A stretch of 63,971 nucleotides of DNA, counting the filler, from Vicugna vicugna (lineage: Eukaryota): the NCBI GenBank assembly GCA_013265495.1. It is 74 parts of 73 records of this genome, joined end to end, with 100 filler letters (N's around TTAATTAATTAA, not from the genome) between each part and the next. Parts side by side here need not be neighbours in the genome. Positions count along the whole stretch, not along the records: positions 24,746 to 25,210 come from MU061208.1; positions 25,311 to 25,748 come from PNXW01018017.1; positions 25,849 to 26,593 come from MU061212.1; positions 26,694 to 27,377 come from MU061214.1; positions 27,478 to 28,816 come from MU061215.1; positions 28,917 to 29,717 come from PNXW01018032.1; positions 29,818 to 30,630 come from MU061217.1; positions 30,731 to 31,884 come from MU061218.1; 66 more parts are not named here. One strand, given 5' to 3'. Every line of letters begins with the position of its first letter. Position 1 is the first letter of the stretch. Made by a program: the position numbers and the translations under genes. Shown here in pieces: positions 24,746 to 37,889 of the stretch. The notes beneath the pieces are model-generated. The model was not told the DNA's origin and made no database searches. It was given only the letters and a program-made list of their open reading frames with translations.

Positions 24746-25210
24746 TATGGTTTGGTTTGATGCACAGGATGTGCAACAGCTCTGTGGTTGAGTTCGTGCA
24801 CCCGTGCCACAAATATGAGAGGACAACGAAGTGTGGTCCAAGACCACAGCGTGAGAAGAGGAAGGATTTCCTTCAGTTTATCTCTCAAAAGCGGATGCTA
24901 CATTTTGGATGGCACCGGCACGGTTCGGCAGCGAGGACACCNNNNNNNNNNNNNNNNNNNNNNNNNNNNNNNNNNNNNNNNNNNNNNNNNNNNNNNNNNN
25001 NNNNNNNNNNNNNNNNNNNNNNNNNNNNNNNNNNNNNNNNNNNNNNNNNNNNNNNNNNNNNNNNNNNNNNNNNNNNNNNNNNNNNNNNNNNNNNNNNNNN
25101 NNNNNNNNNNNNNNNNNNNNNNNNNNNNNNNNNNNNNNNNNNNNNNNNNNNNNNNNATTGTCCTTTGATCTTTCAGATTTGTGAGATAAGCGTAATCAAA
25201 GTGAGATTAT
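24746..25210 (+). repeat. Unidentified multicopy sequence, block F1
   Basis: 24746-24941 aligns with ~53153-53368. Confidence 0.85.
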
Positions 25211-25380
25211 NNNNNNNNNNNNNNNNNNNNNNNNNNNNNNNNNNNNNNNNNNNNTTAATTAATTAANNNNNNNNNNNNNNNNNNNNNNNNNNNNNNNNNN
25301 NNNNNNNNNNAATCAACTACTCAATTACAAAAGTTTTAATCAAAGTTTTCTTTTCTTATTATTTGCAATAATTTAGAAGC

Positions 25381-25687
25381 CAGTACTGTCAATAGAAACA
25401 TAAAGCAAGTCACAATTTTCCAGTAAACCCATTTAGAAAATAAAAAGAACAAGTGAAATTAATTCCGGTAATAATTATTTTATCTGAAAATATCCAATAT
25501 ACTATCATTTCAAAAGTGTGATCAACACTTTTAAAACTTATTAATAAATATTTTACATTATTTTTGTTGTACGAAGTCTTGAAAATCTATTACGTATTTT
25601 CCACTTATAAAACATCTCAAATCACAAAAAACATCTCAAATCACAATAGCCACACGTGGCTGGTGGCTACCATACTAGACAGAGCAG
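25381..25687. mobile_element. MER33-like hAT-Charlie DNA transposon fossil, near full length
   Basis: Begins CAGTACTGTC-AATAGAAA and ends ATAGCCACACGTGGCTGGTGGCTACCATACTAGACAGAGCAG; ~307 bp; internal motifs match the MER33 consensus as I recall it. Confidence 0.8.
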
Positions 25688-25848
25688 ATTACAACATTCA
25701 CACTTCTGATAAATTACTTGCTCTTACTTATTTAAAAATATTGCAGAANNNNNNNNNNNNNNNNNNNNNNNNNNNNNNNNNNNNNNNNNNNNTTAATTAA
25801 TTAANNNNNNNNNNNNNNNNNNNNNNNNNNNNNNNNNNNNNNNNNNNN

Positions 25849-26593
25849 GGCAGCCTCGGTCACTGGGATATCCTGCAATCAACCCTAGCATACACTGGCA
25901 CAGACATATAAGGAAAATCCTCAGGGGAGACGAGTTTAGGCATTCCGTTTGAACCCACGCGCTGCCGACACTTGGTGGAACCTCCACACGCTCAGGATTC
26001 CGGAACAATTGTCAGTGCGTGGGGGAGCTCGAGAGACAAATCCACGCAGCTCTCTTCAGTCAGAGGAGTTCCCTGTTCGGGGAAGTCCGAGAAATACGTT
26101 CCCTGACCTTTTGGAGGCAGCCTCTGTCACAGGGATTTCCTGCAAACCCCCCTAGCATTCCCTGGCACAGAGATTTTTGGAAAACCCTCAGNNNNNNNNN
26201 NNNNNNNNNNNNNNNNNNNNNNNNNNNNNNNNNNNNNNNNNNNNNNNNNNNNNNNNNNNNNNNNNNNNNNNNNNNNNNNNNNNNNNNNNNNNNNNNNNNN
26301 NNNNNNNNNNNNNNNNNNNNNNNNNNNNNNNNNNNNNNNNNNNNNNNNNNNNNNNNNNNNNNNNNNNNNNNNNNNNNNNNNNNNNNNNNNNNNNNNNNNN
26401 NNNNNNNNNNNNNNNNNNNAGAGACATTAGGAAAACCCTCAGGGGAGACGAGCTTATGCATTCCGTAAGAACCCACGCGCTGCCGGCCGTTGGTGGAACC
26501 TCCCCACCCTGAAGATTTCGAAATCATTGTCAGTGCGTGGGGGACCATGAGAGAAAACTCCACGCATCTCTCTTCAGTCACAGTTGTTCCCTG
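25849..26593 (+). repeat. Satellite A
   Basis: A consensus. Confidence 0.95.
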
Positions 26594-26693
26594 NNNNNNN
26601 NNNNNNNNNNNNNNNNNNNNNNNNNNNNNNNNNNNNNTTAATTAATTAANNNNNNNNNNNNNNNNNNNNNNNNNNNNNNNNNNNNNNNNNNNN

Positions 26694-27072
26694 AAGAACA
26701 TGGAAGATATCTCTTTGAGATCCTGATTTCAATTCCTTCAGATATATACCCAGAACTAAGATTGCTGGATCATACGGCGATTCTGTTTTTAGTTTCTTGA
26801 TGAAACTCCGTATCGTTTTCCATAGTGGTTGCACCAATTTATATTCCTACCAAAAATGTACAAAGTTCCCTATTCTCCACATCCTCCTAAACATTTTTTG
26901 TCCTTTTAGGGTTTTTTGATAATAGCCATCCAACAAATATGAAGTGATATCTCATTATTGTTGTTTTGATGCGCATTTCCCTGAGCATTAGTGATAATGA
27001 ACACTTTACATTATATCTATTGGCCATTTGTATGTCTTCTTTTGAGAAATGTCTACTCAGGTTCTTTGTCCA
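26694..27072 (-). mobile_element. Old L1 (L1M-type) ORF2 C-terminal fragment
   Basis: Minus-strand translation VQPLWKT...[26 protein letters not shown]. Confidence 0.9.
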
Positions 27073-27215
27073 TGGAAACGTTTGGAGGTGTTGGATAAGT
27101 TCATGGCATTGACTGTGACAATGGTTTCATGGGTATATACTTACCTCCAGATACACAAAGTTGTATACATTAAATATAGCTTTTTGTTTACCAATCATAC
27201 TTTAATTAAAAAATT
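27073..27215 (+). mobile_element. Old L1 extreme 3' end, opposite orientation to the adjacent piece
   Basis: GGAAACGTTTGGAGGTGTTGGATA...ATGGTTTCATGGGTATATAC...TTGTATACATTAAATAT...AATCATAC is a typical L1MA/MB terminus. Confidence 0.7.
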
Positions 27216-27477
27216 TTTGAAGTATTAGGTTTAAGAATTTTGAACAAGGTCCATCACTGATTGTTCTAAATTATACTTGCATAAAATATGGTTTTCAACT
27301 GCCTTTCATTCTAAATAATAGTCATCCTCTTAAGTAACTAATGAATTTTAGATGGGAAAAGAAAGAAATGAATTGATNNNNNNNNNNNNNNNNNNNNNNN
27401 NNNNNNNNNNNNNNNNNNNNNTTAATTAATTAANNNNNNNNNNNNNNNNNNNNNNNNNNNNNNNNNNNNNNNNNNNN

Positions 27478-28816
27478 AGACGTGCTCAGGTATCCTGATT
27501 GTGGGGAGGATCCTCCAAATGATAGCAGCGCCTCGGTTCTAATAGAATCCCTTATCTTGTATTCCTTGAGTGTTTCCCTAGGCCGGGCTGAGAGGGAAAG
27601 CTGGGAGATTGGTTTGGAGGCCAAGTAGCAGCAACTGCCCCCCGATGGAATGTGGAAGTATTTAGAGGACTTCTCCCTAATGGGGAACCAATATGACNNN
27701 NNNNNNNNNNNNNNNNNNNNNNNNNNNNNNNNNNNNNNNNNNNNNNNNNNNNNNNNNNNNNNNNNNNNNNNNNNNNNNNNNNNNNNNNNNNNNNNNNNNN
27801 NNNNNNNNNNNNNNNNNNNNNNNNNNNNNNNNNNNNNNNNNNNNNNNNNNNNNNNNNNNNNNNNNNNNNNNNNNNNNNNNNNNNNNNNNNNNNNNNNNNN
27901 NNNNNNNNNNNNNNNNNNNNNNNTGTTTAACCAACAACACCCAACAAGGGAATACCTTTGCCCCCTGGAATATGCGTGGACACTGTTTCTCCACCAACAG
28001 CACACACACGAAGAAGTTTTCTGGAATCCTGGGCATGGGGATGCTGCTCCAATTGACAGCAGCACCTGGGTTCTATTAGAATCCCTTAGTTTGTGTTCCC
28101 TGAGTGTTTACATAGGCCAGGCTTTGATGTAATGTGGGGTTCTGTCTCTATAGCTAGGTTTTAGCGAGTGCCTCTGTATGGGCATGGAGGTTTTTAAAAC
28201 TACATCCCTAACCTTTAAACACCTGCCCCCCATATAAATGCGTGGTCTCTCTTTCCCCACCTCCAGCACACCCACGAAGAATAGTTCTGGTATACTGAGT
28301 GTGGGTAGGCACCTCCAAATGACAGCAGCAACTGGGAANNNNNNNNNNNNNNNNNNNNNNNNNNNNNNNNNNNNNNNNNNNNNNNNNNNNNNNNNNNNNN
28401 NNNNNNNNNNNNNNNNNNNNNNNNNNNNNNNNNNNNNNNNNNNNNNNNNNNNNNNNNNNNNNNNNNNNNNNNNNNNNNNNNNNNNNNNNNNNNNNNNNNN
28501 NNNNNNNNNNNNNNNNNNNNNNNNNNNNNNNNNNNNNNNNNNNNNNNNNNNNNNNNNNNNNNNNNNNNNNNNNNNNNNNNNNNNNNNNNNNNNNNNNNNN
28601 NNNNNNNNNNNNNNNNNNNNNNNNNNNNNNNNNNNNNNNNNNNNNNNNNNNNNNNNNNNNNNNNNNNNNNNNNNNNNNNNNNNNNNNNNNNNNNNNNNNN
28701 NNNNNNNNNNNNNNNNNNNNNNNNNNNNNNNNNNNNNNNNNNNNTACAACCAAAGGGAATAACTGTGCCATCTGAAAGTTGCAAGCACACTGTTTCCCCA
28801 CCTTCAGCACACACAC
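27478..28816 (-). repeat. Satellite B
   Basis: Reverse complement of the B monomers. Confidence 0.92.
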
Positions 28817-28916
28817 NNNNNNNNNNNNNNNNNNNNNNNNNNNNNNNNNNNNNNNNNNNNTTAATTAATTAANNNNNNNNNNNNNNNNNNNNNNNNNNNN
28901 NNNNNNNNNNNNNNNN

Positions 28917-29717
28917 AGGTAATGCATGTGCTCGTCTCCCTTGAGGGTTTTCCTCATGTCTGTGTGCCAGGGAATGCTTGGGGGGGTTGCAGGAAATTCC
29001 AGTGACAGAGGCTGCCTCCCCAAGGTCAGGGAAGGTATTTCACGGACTTCGCCGTGCAGGGAACACTTGTGACTGAAGAGAGCTGCGTGGAGTTGGTTCT
29101 CGAGCTCCCCAACTCAATGACAATGGTTCCGGAATCCTGAGCGTGGGGAGGTTCCACCAACGGTCGGCAGCGCGTGGGTTCTAAGGTAATGCATGTGCTC
29201 GTCTCCCTTGAGGGTTTTCCTCATGTCTCTGTGCCAGGGAATGCTAGGGGAGGTTGCAGGAAATCCCAGTGGCAGAGGCAGTCTCCCCAAGGTCAGGGAA
29301 GGTATTTCACGGACTTCGCCGTGCAGGGAACACTTGTGACTGAAGAGAGCTTCGTGGAGTTGTTTCTCGAGCTCCCCAACTCAATGATAATGGTTCCGGA
29401 ATCCTGAGCGTGGGGAGGTCCCACCAACGGTCGTCAGCGCGTGGGTTCTAACGGAATGCCTTTGCTCGTCTCCCCTGAGTGTTTTCCCCAATTCTCTGTG
29501 CCATGGAATGCTAGGGGGTTTGCAGGAAATCCCAGTGACAGAGGCTGCCTCAGCAAGGTCAGGAAAGTTATTTATGGAAAAAGTTATTTATGGACTTCCC
29601 CGACAGGGAACACCTGTGACTGAAGGGAGCTGCGGGGAGTTGTCTCTCGAGCTCCCACACTCAATGACTAAAGTTCCGGATTCCTGAGCGTGGGGAGGTT
29701 CCACCAAAGTTCGGCAG
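28917..29717 (-). repeat. Satellite A (variant subfamily)
   Basis: A unit with diagnostic GGTAATGCATGTGCTCG and CCCCAACTCAATGA. Confidence 0.93.
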
Positions 29718-29817
29718 NNNNNNNNNNNNNNNNNNNNNNNNNNNNNNNNNNNNNNNNNNNNTTAATTAATTAANNNNNNNNNNNNNNNNNNNNNNNNNNN
29801 NNNNNNNNNNNNNNNNN

Positions 29818-30630
29818 CACAAACTTTCCCTAACACCAGGTTCGAATTCGTGTATTTTTCACTGAAATATTGTTCTGGAGCGATTTCTACTTAACAGATA
29901 TTTAATTTACATGTATTCCAACAACATGGCATTCCGGGTTCCGTACATGCTATATGTATGACGGATTTGGCAATCATGAGTTTCCTACGTGTGAGCATGT
30001 GGATTACAGACCTTTCACCCTCCAAAGAAGGCGTATGTTGACTTAGAAATATTTACTCTGACTTCATAGGTTTTTCCTATCACCAGGTTCTAAAATCGGA
30101 CTTTTGGCACCAGAAAACTTTCTTTGAGCAAATTCTCACCAATATACATGTAATTTAATTTGTTTACATAACCATGGAATTCCGTATTACGAGCATGATT
30201 CACGCACCACGGCTTCCTCAAACATGCATTTCTGAGTTGTGAACCTGCGCATGACTGATATTTCAAGCACCAAACAAGTTACCTATGCACTCTGAAATAT
30301 TTACTTTGACTTTGTAGCTTCTTCCTATCACCAGTTTCAAGAATCACACTTTGATCCCACAACAGCACTCTTGGAGCGAATACTTCCCTAGAGATAAATA
30401 ATTTGAATAGATTCAATCTACATGATATTCCGTGTTCCNNNNNNNNNNNNNNNNNNNNNNNNNNNNNNNNNNNNNNNNNNNNNNNNNNNNNNNNNNNNNN
30501 NNNNNNNNNNNNNNNNNNNNNNNNNNNNNNNNNNNNNNNNNNNNNNNNNNNNNNNNNNNNNNNNNNNNNNNNNNNNNCGGTTCGCATTCGTGCATTTTTC
30601 ACAGAAAAATAGTTTTGGAGCGATTTCCAC
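29818..30630 (+). repeat. Satellite D
   Basis: GGTTCG(A/C)ATTCGTG at ~29839 and ~30579. Confidence 0.93.
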
Positions 30631-30730
30631 NNNNNNNNNNNNNNNNNNNNNNNNNNNNNNNNNNNNNNNNNNNNTTAATTAATTAANNNNNNNNNNNNNN
30701 NNNNNNNNNNNNNNNNNNNNNNNNNNNNNN

Positions 30731-31884
30731 CACAGAGACATTAGGAAAACCCTCAGGGAAGACGAGGTTAGGCATCCCGTTAGAACCCACGCGCTGCCGA
30801 AAGTTGGGGGAATCTCCCCACGCTCAGAATTCCGGAACCATTGTCAGTGCGTGGGGTATCTCGTGAGACAACTCCACGCAGCTCTCTTCAGTCACAGGTG
30901 TTCCCTGTTCGAGGAAGCCTGGGAAATAACTTCCCTGAACTTGTGGATGCAGCCTCGTTCAGTGGAATATCCTGCAATCACCCCTAGCATTCCCTGGCAC
31001 AGAGACATTAGGAAAACCCTCAGGGGAGACGAGGTTAGGCATTCCGTTAGAACCCACGCGCTGCCGACCGTTGGTGGAAACTNNNNNNNNNNNNNNNNNN
31101 NNNNNNNNNNNNNNNNNNNNNNNNNNNNNNNNNNNNNNNNNNNNNNNNNNNNNNNNNNNNNNNNNNNNNNNNNNNNNNNNNNNNNNNNNNNNNNNNNNNN
31201 NNNNNNNNNNNNNNNNNNNNNNNNNNNNNNNNNNNNNNNNNNNNNNNNNNNNNNNNNNNNNNNNNNNNNNNNNNNNNNNNNNNNNNNNNNNNNNNNNNNN
31301 NNNNCGCGCTGCCGACCGTTGGTGGAACCTCCCCACGCTCAGGATTCCGGAACCATTGTCAGTGCGTTGAGGAGCTCGAGAGACAACTCCACGCAACTCT
31401 CTTCAGTCACAGGTGTTCCCTATTCGTGAAAGCCCGAGAAATACCTTCCCTGACCAAGGGGGGGCAGCCACGGACACTGGGATATCCTGCAATCACCCCT
31501 AGCATTCACTGGCACAGAGACATTAGTAAAACCCTCAGGGGAGACGAACTTATGCAATCCGTGAGAACCCACGTGCTGCCGACCGTTGGTGGAACCTCCC
31601 CACGCTCAGGATTCCAGAACCATTGTCAGTGCGTGGGGGAGCACGAGAGACAACTCCACGAAGCTCTCATCAGTCACAGGTGTTCCGTGTTCGGGGAAGT
31701 CCGAGAAATAACTTCCCTGACATTGGGGAGGCAGCCTCTGACACTGGGATATCCTGCAATCACCCCTAGCATTCCCTGGCACAGAGACATTAGGAAAAAA
31801 CTCAGGGGAGACGAGCTTAGGCATTACGATAGAACACAAGTGCTGCCGAACGTTGGTGGAACCTCCCCACGCTCAGGATTACGG
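30731..31884 (+). repeat. Satellite A
   Basis: A consensus, AATCACCCCTAGC variant. Confidence 0.95.
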
Positions 31885-31984
31885 NNNNNNNNNNNNNNNN
31901 NNNNNNNNNNNNNNNNNNNNNNNNNNNNTTAATTAATTAANNNNNNNNNNNNNNNNNNNNNNNNNNNNNNNNNNNNNNNNNNNN

Positions 31985-32712
31985 ATGCTCGTAATACGGA
32001 ATGCCATGTTTATGTAAACAATGTAAATTTCATGTGTACTGGTGAGAATTCGCTCAAAGATTTTTTTCTGGTGCCAGATGTCCGATTTTAGAACCTGGTG
32101 ATAGAAAAATCTATGAAGTCAGAGTAAATAATTCTAAGTGTATATACGCATTGTTTGGTGGATGAAAGGTCTGTAATCCACATGCTCANNNNNNNNNNNN
32201 NNNNNNNNNNNNNNNNNNNNNNNNNNNNNNNNNNNNNNNNNNNNNNNNNNNNNNNNNNNNNNNNNNNNNNNNNNNNNNNNNNNNNNNNNNNNNNNNNNNN
32301 NNNNNNNNNNNNNNNNNNNNNNNNNNNNNNNNNNNNNNNNNNNNNNNNNNNNNNNNNNNNNNNNNNNNNNNNNNNNNNNNNNNNNNNNNNNNNNNNNNNN
32401 NNNNNATTCCTTTTATAGAGGATGAAGGATTAGTAATCCACATGCTCTCAACTCAGGAATGCATGTTTGTCAAATCCGTCATACATGTAGCATGTACGGA
32501 ACCCGGATATCCATGTTGATGGAATTCATATAAATTACATACCTATTAGGTGGAAATCGCTCCAGAACTATTTTTCTGTGAAAAATGCACGAATGCGAAC
32601 CTGGTGTTAGGGAAAGCTTGTGAAAATGTTTACACGTGTCTTGATGAAAAGATTCCTTTTATAGAAAATGAAAGATTATTAATCCACATGTTCTCAACTC
32701 AGGAATGCATGT
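31985..32712 (-). repeat. Satellite D
   Basis: Reverse complement of D. Confidence 0.92.
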
Positions 32713-32812
32713 NNNNNNNNNNNNNNNNNNNNNNNNNNNNNNNNNNNNNNNNNNNNTTAATTAATTAANNNNNNNNNNNNNNNNNNNNNNNNNNNNNNNN
32801 NNNNNNNNNNNN

Positions 32813-33254
32813 ATGCGTTGACTCTGTTTCCCCACCTGCAGCAAACACACGGAGATGTACTGAGGTGTCCTGATTGTGGGAAAGCTCCTCCAAATGACAG
32901 CAGCGCCTGGGTTCTAATAGAATCCCTTAAATTGTATTCCTTGAGTGTTTCCCTAGGCCGGGCTGAGAGGGAAAGCTGGGAGTTTGGCTTGGAGGCCAAG
33001 TAGCAGCAACTGCCCNNNNNNNNNNNNNNNNNNNNNNNNNNNNNNNNNNNNNNNNNNNNNNNNNNNNNNNNNNNNNNNNNNNNNNNNNNNNNNNNNNNNN
33101 NNNNNNNNNNNNNNNNNNNNNTTCCGGAATCCTGAGTGTGGGGATGTTCCTCCAACTGTCAGCAGCGCTTTTGTTCTACTTGAATCCCTTAACTTGCCTT
33201 CCCTGATTTTTTGCCTATGCTGGAATGCAGGGGAATGTGGGGTTTCGGCTCTAA
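32813..33254 (-). repeat. Satellite B
   Basis: Matches the monomers at 27478 and 42100-42520. Confidence 0.9.
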
Positions 33255-33354
33255 NNNNNNNNNNNNNNNNNNNNNNNNNNNNNNNNNNNNNNNNNNNNTT
33301 AATTAATTAANNNNNNNNNNNNNNNNNNNNNNNNNNNNNNNNNNNNNNNNNNNN

Positions 33355-33483
33355 AATAGTAACTACTATACATACAATAAACAAATAAGTTACAGGGAAC
33401 TATATGCAATAATGAAAAAGAATACGGAGACGAATATACCTATTTGTTTGTATGACTGAATCATTAGGCTGTACACCAGAAAT
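33355..33483 (+). mobile_element. Artiodactyl-type L1 3' UTR fragment
   Basis: ACAGGGAACTATAT...AATGAAAAAGAATA...TGTATGACTGAATCA...GCTGTACACCAGAAA. Confidence 0.7.
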
Positions 33484-33886
33484 GTGGTCTCCAACTCAAG
33501 TGTAATCAAACAAGGTATATTGAAGTATGGTCTAGCCTTCACTGAAAGATNNNNNNNNNNNNNNNNNNNNNNNNNNNNNNNNNNNNNNNNNAAGCCTGAT
33601 CTCTACAGACTCTCAAACCCATAGCCTGTTCTCTTCTTTCTGGCTGGGCTTGGGATGAAAGGACAATATTTTAGGAGTGAATTTTTAAATTTTAGCCTAA
33701 CTGCAGTTTATCGTATCCATTGAGGACATACATAGGACTATGAAATTCTGAATAAAAGCGGAGTAAGCCGGAAAAAAATTAAGTAANNNNNNNNNNNNNN
33801 NNNNNNNNNNNNNNNNNNNNNNNNNNNNNNTTAATTAATTAANNNNNNNNNNNNNNNNNNNNNNNNNNNNNNNNNNNNNNNNNNNN

Positions 33887-34635
33887 GAACCCGGAATGTC
33901 ATGTTGTTGGAACACATGTAAATTACATATCAGTTAGGTGGTATTCGCTCCAGAACTATTTTTCTGTGAAAAATGCACGAGTTCGAACCTGGTGTTAGGG
34001 AAAGCTTGTGAAAATGTGTACACGTGTCTAGATGAAAATATTCCTTTTATAGAGAATGAAAGATTAGTAATACACATGCTCTCAACTCAGGAATGCTTGT
34101 NNNNNNNNNNNNNNNNNNNNNNNNNNNNNNNNNNNNNNNNNNNNNNNNNNNNNNNNNNNNNNNNNNNNNNNNNNNNNNNNNNNNNNNNNNNNNNNNNNNN
34201 NNNNNNNNNNNNNNNNNNNNNNNNNNNNNNNNNNNNNNNNNNNNNNNNNNNNNNNNNNNNNNNNNNNNNNNNNNNNNNNNNNNNNNNNNNNNNNNNNNNN
34301 NNNNNNNNNNNNNNNNNNNNNNNNNNNNNNNNNNNNNNNNNNNNNNNNNNNNNNNNNNNNNNNNNNNNNNNNNTGCTCGTAGTACGGAATTCCATGGTTA
34401 TGTAAACAATGTAAACTACATGTGCATTGGTGAGAATTCGCTCAAACAGTTTATTCTGTTGCCAAATGTCCGATTTTAGAACCTGGTGATAGAAAAATCT
34501 ATGAAGTCAGAGTAAATGTTTCTAACTGTATATACACCTTGTTTGGTGGATTAAAGGTCAGTAATCCTCATGCCCACATGTCAGAAACCCATGAATGCCG
34601 AATCCGTCATACATGTAGCATGTACGGAACCCGGA
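33887..34635 (-). repeat. Satellite D
   Basis: Reverse complement of D. Confidence 0.92.
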
Positions 34636-34735
34636 NNNNNNNNNNNNNNNNNNNNNNNNNNNNNNNNNNNNNNNNNNNNTTAATTAATTAANNNNNNNNN
34701 NNNNNNNNNNNNNNNNNNNNNNNNNNNNNNNNNNN

Positions 34736-36561
34736 CTCTTCAGTCACAGGGGTTCCCTGTTCGCGGAAGTCTGAGAAATATCTTCCCTGATCTTGGGGAG
34801 ACAGCCTCTGACACTGTGATATCCTGCAATCACCCCTAGCATTCCCTGGCACAGAGACATTAGGAAAACCCTCAGGGGAGACAAGCTTAGGCATTCCGTT
34901 AGAACCCACGCGCTGCCGACCGTTGGTGGAACCTCCCTANNNNNNNNNNNNNNNNNNNNNNNNNNNNNNNNNNNNNNNNNNNNNNNNNNNNNNNNNNNNN
35001 NNNNNNNNNNNNNNNNNNNNNNNNNNNNNNNNNNNNNNNNNNNNNNNNNNNNNNNNNNNNNNNNNNNNNNNNNNNNNNNNNNNNNNNNNNNNNNNNNNNN
35101 NNNNNNNNNNNNNNNNNNNNNNNNNNNNNNNNNNNNNNNNNNNNNNNNNNNNNNNNNNNNNNNNNNNNNNNNNNNNNNNNNNNNNNNNNNNNNNNNNNNN
35201 NNNNNNNNNNNNNNNNNNNNNNNNNNNNNNNNNNNNNNNNNNNNNNNNNNNNNNNNNNNNNNNNNNNNNNNNNNNNNNNNNNNNNNNNNNATTCTGTTAG
35301 ATGCGCTGCCGACCGTTGGTGGATCCTCCCAACCCTCAGGACTCCAGAACCATTGTCAGTGCGTAGGGGAGCTCGAGAGACAACTCCACGCAGCTCTCTT
35401 CAGTCACAGGACAGGTNNNNNNNNNNNNNNNNNNNNNNNNNNNNNNNNNNNNNNNNNNNNNNNNNNNNNNNNNNNNNNNNNNNNNNNNNNNNNNNNNNNN
35501 NNNNNNNNNNNNNNNNNNNNNNNNNNNNNNNNNNNNNNNNNNNNNNNNNNNNNNNNNNNNNNNNNNNNNNNNNNNNNNNNNNNNNNNNNNNNNNNNNNNN
35601 NNNNNNNNNNNNNNNNNNNNNNNNNNNNNNNNNNNNNNNNNNNNNNNNNNNNNNNNNNNNNNNNNNNNNNNNNNNNNNNNNNNNNNNNNNNNNNNNNNNN
35701 NNNNNNNNNNNNNNNNNNNNNNNNNNNNNNNNNNNNNNNNNNNNNNNNNNNNNNNNNNNNNNNNNNNNNNNNNNNNNNNNNNNNNNNNNNNNNNNNNNNN
35801 NNNNNNNNNNNNNNNNNNNNNNNNNNNNNNNNNNNNNNNNNNNNNNNNNNNNNNNNNNNNNNNNNNNNNNNNNNNNNNNNNNNNNNNNNNNNNNNNNNNN
35901 NNNNNNNNNNNNNNNNNNNNNNNNNNNNNNNNNNNNNNNNNNNNNNNNNNNNNNNNNNNNNNNNNNNNNNNNNNNNNNNNNNNNNNNNNNNNNNNNNNNN
36001 NNNNNNNNNNNNNNNNNNNNNNNNNNNNNNNNNNNNNNNNNNNNNNNNNNNNNNNNNNNNNNNNNNNNNNNNNNNNNNNNNNNNNNNNNNNNNNNNNNNN
36101 NNNNNNNNNNNNNNNNNNNNNNNNNNNNNNNNNNNNNNNNNNNNNNNNNNNNNNNNNNNNNNNNNNNNNNNNNNNNNNNNNNNNNNNNNNNNNNNNNNNN
36201 NNNNNNNNNNNNNNNNNNNNNNNNNNNNNNNNNNNNNNNNNNNNNNNNNNNNNNNNNNNNNNNNNNNNNNNNNNNNNNNNNNNNNNNNNNNNNNNNNNNN
36301 NNNNNNNNNNNNNNNNNNNNNNNNNNNNNNNNNNNNNNNNNNNNGGGAAGTCCGAGAAATCCCTTCCCTGACCTTGGGGATGCAGCCTCTGGCACTGGGA
36401 TATCTTGTAATCACCCCTAGCATTCCCTGGCAAAGAGATATTAGGAAAATCCTCAGGGGAGACTAACTTAGGCATTCTGTTAGAACCCATGCGCTGCCGA
36501 CAGTTGGTGGATCCTTCCAACCCTCAGGACTCCAGAACCATTGTCAGTGCGTAGGGGAGCT
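34736..36561 (+). repeat. Satellite A (mostly gap)
   Basis: A consensus in all three sequenced pieces. Confidence 0.93.
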
Positions 36562-36661
36562 NNNNNNNNNNNNNNNNNNNNNNNNNNNNNNNNNNNNNNN
36601 NNNNNTTAATTAATTAANNNNNNNNNNNNNNNNNNNNNNNNNNNNNNNNNNNNNNNNNNNN

Positions 36662-36923
36662 GAGCTCCCCCACGCACTGACAATCGTTCCGGAATCCTGA
36701 GTGTGGTGAGGTTAAACCAACGGTCGTCAGCGTGTGGGTTCTAACGGAATGCCAAAGCTCGTCTCCCTAGTGGGTTTTCCTAATGTCTCTGTGCCAGGGA
36801 AAGCTAGGGGGGTTTGCAGGATATCCCAGTGACAGAGGCTGCCTCCCCAAGCTCAGGGAAGGTTTTTCTCGGACTTCCCCGAACATGGAACACCTGTGAC
36901 TGAAGAGAGCTGCGTGGAGTTGT
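36662..36923 (-). repeat. Satellite A
   Basis: About one monomer, reverse complement. Confidence 0.94.
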
Positions 36924-37659
36924 NNNNNNNNNNNNNNNNNNNNNNNNNNNNNNNNNNNNNNNNNNNNTTAATTAATTAANNNNNNNNNNNNNNNNNNNNN
37001 NNNNNNNNNNNNNNNNNNNNNNNCCTTGTGATAATGTCTTTTTCCCAAAATTTCCCCTCTTCTTATCTTTGCCCCTTCTCTTCCTTTCCTCCAGCCTGAG
37101 TTTCAGCCTGCCTGTGGCATTGATTTTCCCTGTCTGTGGACTCTTCCTTTCACTAGTTCATGATAATGTTACATGTGGGCTGTGGAAACATTTTAGATGT
37201 CAAGAAAGAGCAATTACATTGCATGCTAGTATTTTTAGACTGTGGTATTCTTTTATCAAATATAATTAAATAAAGCTGACCCCTGAGCCCTCCCCTGAGC
37301 TCTTTTTACCCTCCTACAGCTGATACTGCTCTGGTTGCTGCATGTGCCTTTCCCCAGCCTTCGTTTTCGAGTTGAGTAAGTCACCATCACTGGAGCCCTC
37401 TCTTTAAAATGAAGAGAATATTTGCTCCTTCTCCAAGGTTGGGGACTTGGATGAGATGAGGTAACAGATAAAGAATGGAGCCCAAACTCATTCTGACACG
37501 TGCTCTTTCCGTTCTTTCTCCAGGGGAAAAGAGTACAGTTCAAAAATATAAAGATTGTGAGCTAATGAGATAGACAAAACAACCGAACATTTATTACATA
37601 TCCTTTCATGAAACAAATGTACACACGAAAAGGACATAAAGTACGGTAGTACTGTGATT

Positions 37660-37775
37660 ACAAACGTGGGTCCGAGTTCTAGTCCTGCTCTGAATTGACC
37701 AGTCTTTTGAGATGGAGAACTGGTAGGTCGGCTTAGCCTCTCAGGGACTTGTTTTCTGTCCTGCAGAGACGGGGC
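37660..37775. mobile_element. MIR-like fragment
   Basis: GAGTTCTAGTCCTGCTCTG...CTTAGCCTCTC...GTTTTCTGTCCTGCA; decayed. Confidence 0.4.
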
Positions 37776-37889
37776 TCGCTAGGCGTCCCNNNNNNNNNNN
37801 NNNNNNNNNNNNNNNNNNNNNNNNNNNNNNNNNTTAATTAATTAANNNNNNNNNNNNNNNNNNNNNNNNNNNNNNNNNNNNNNNNNNNN

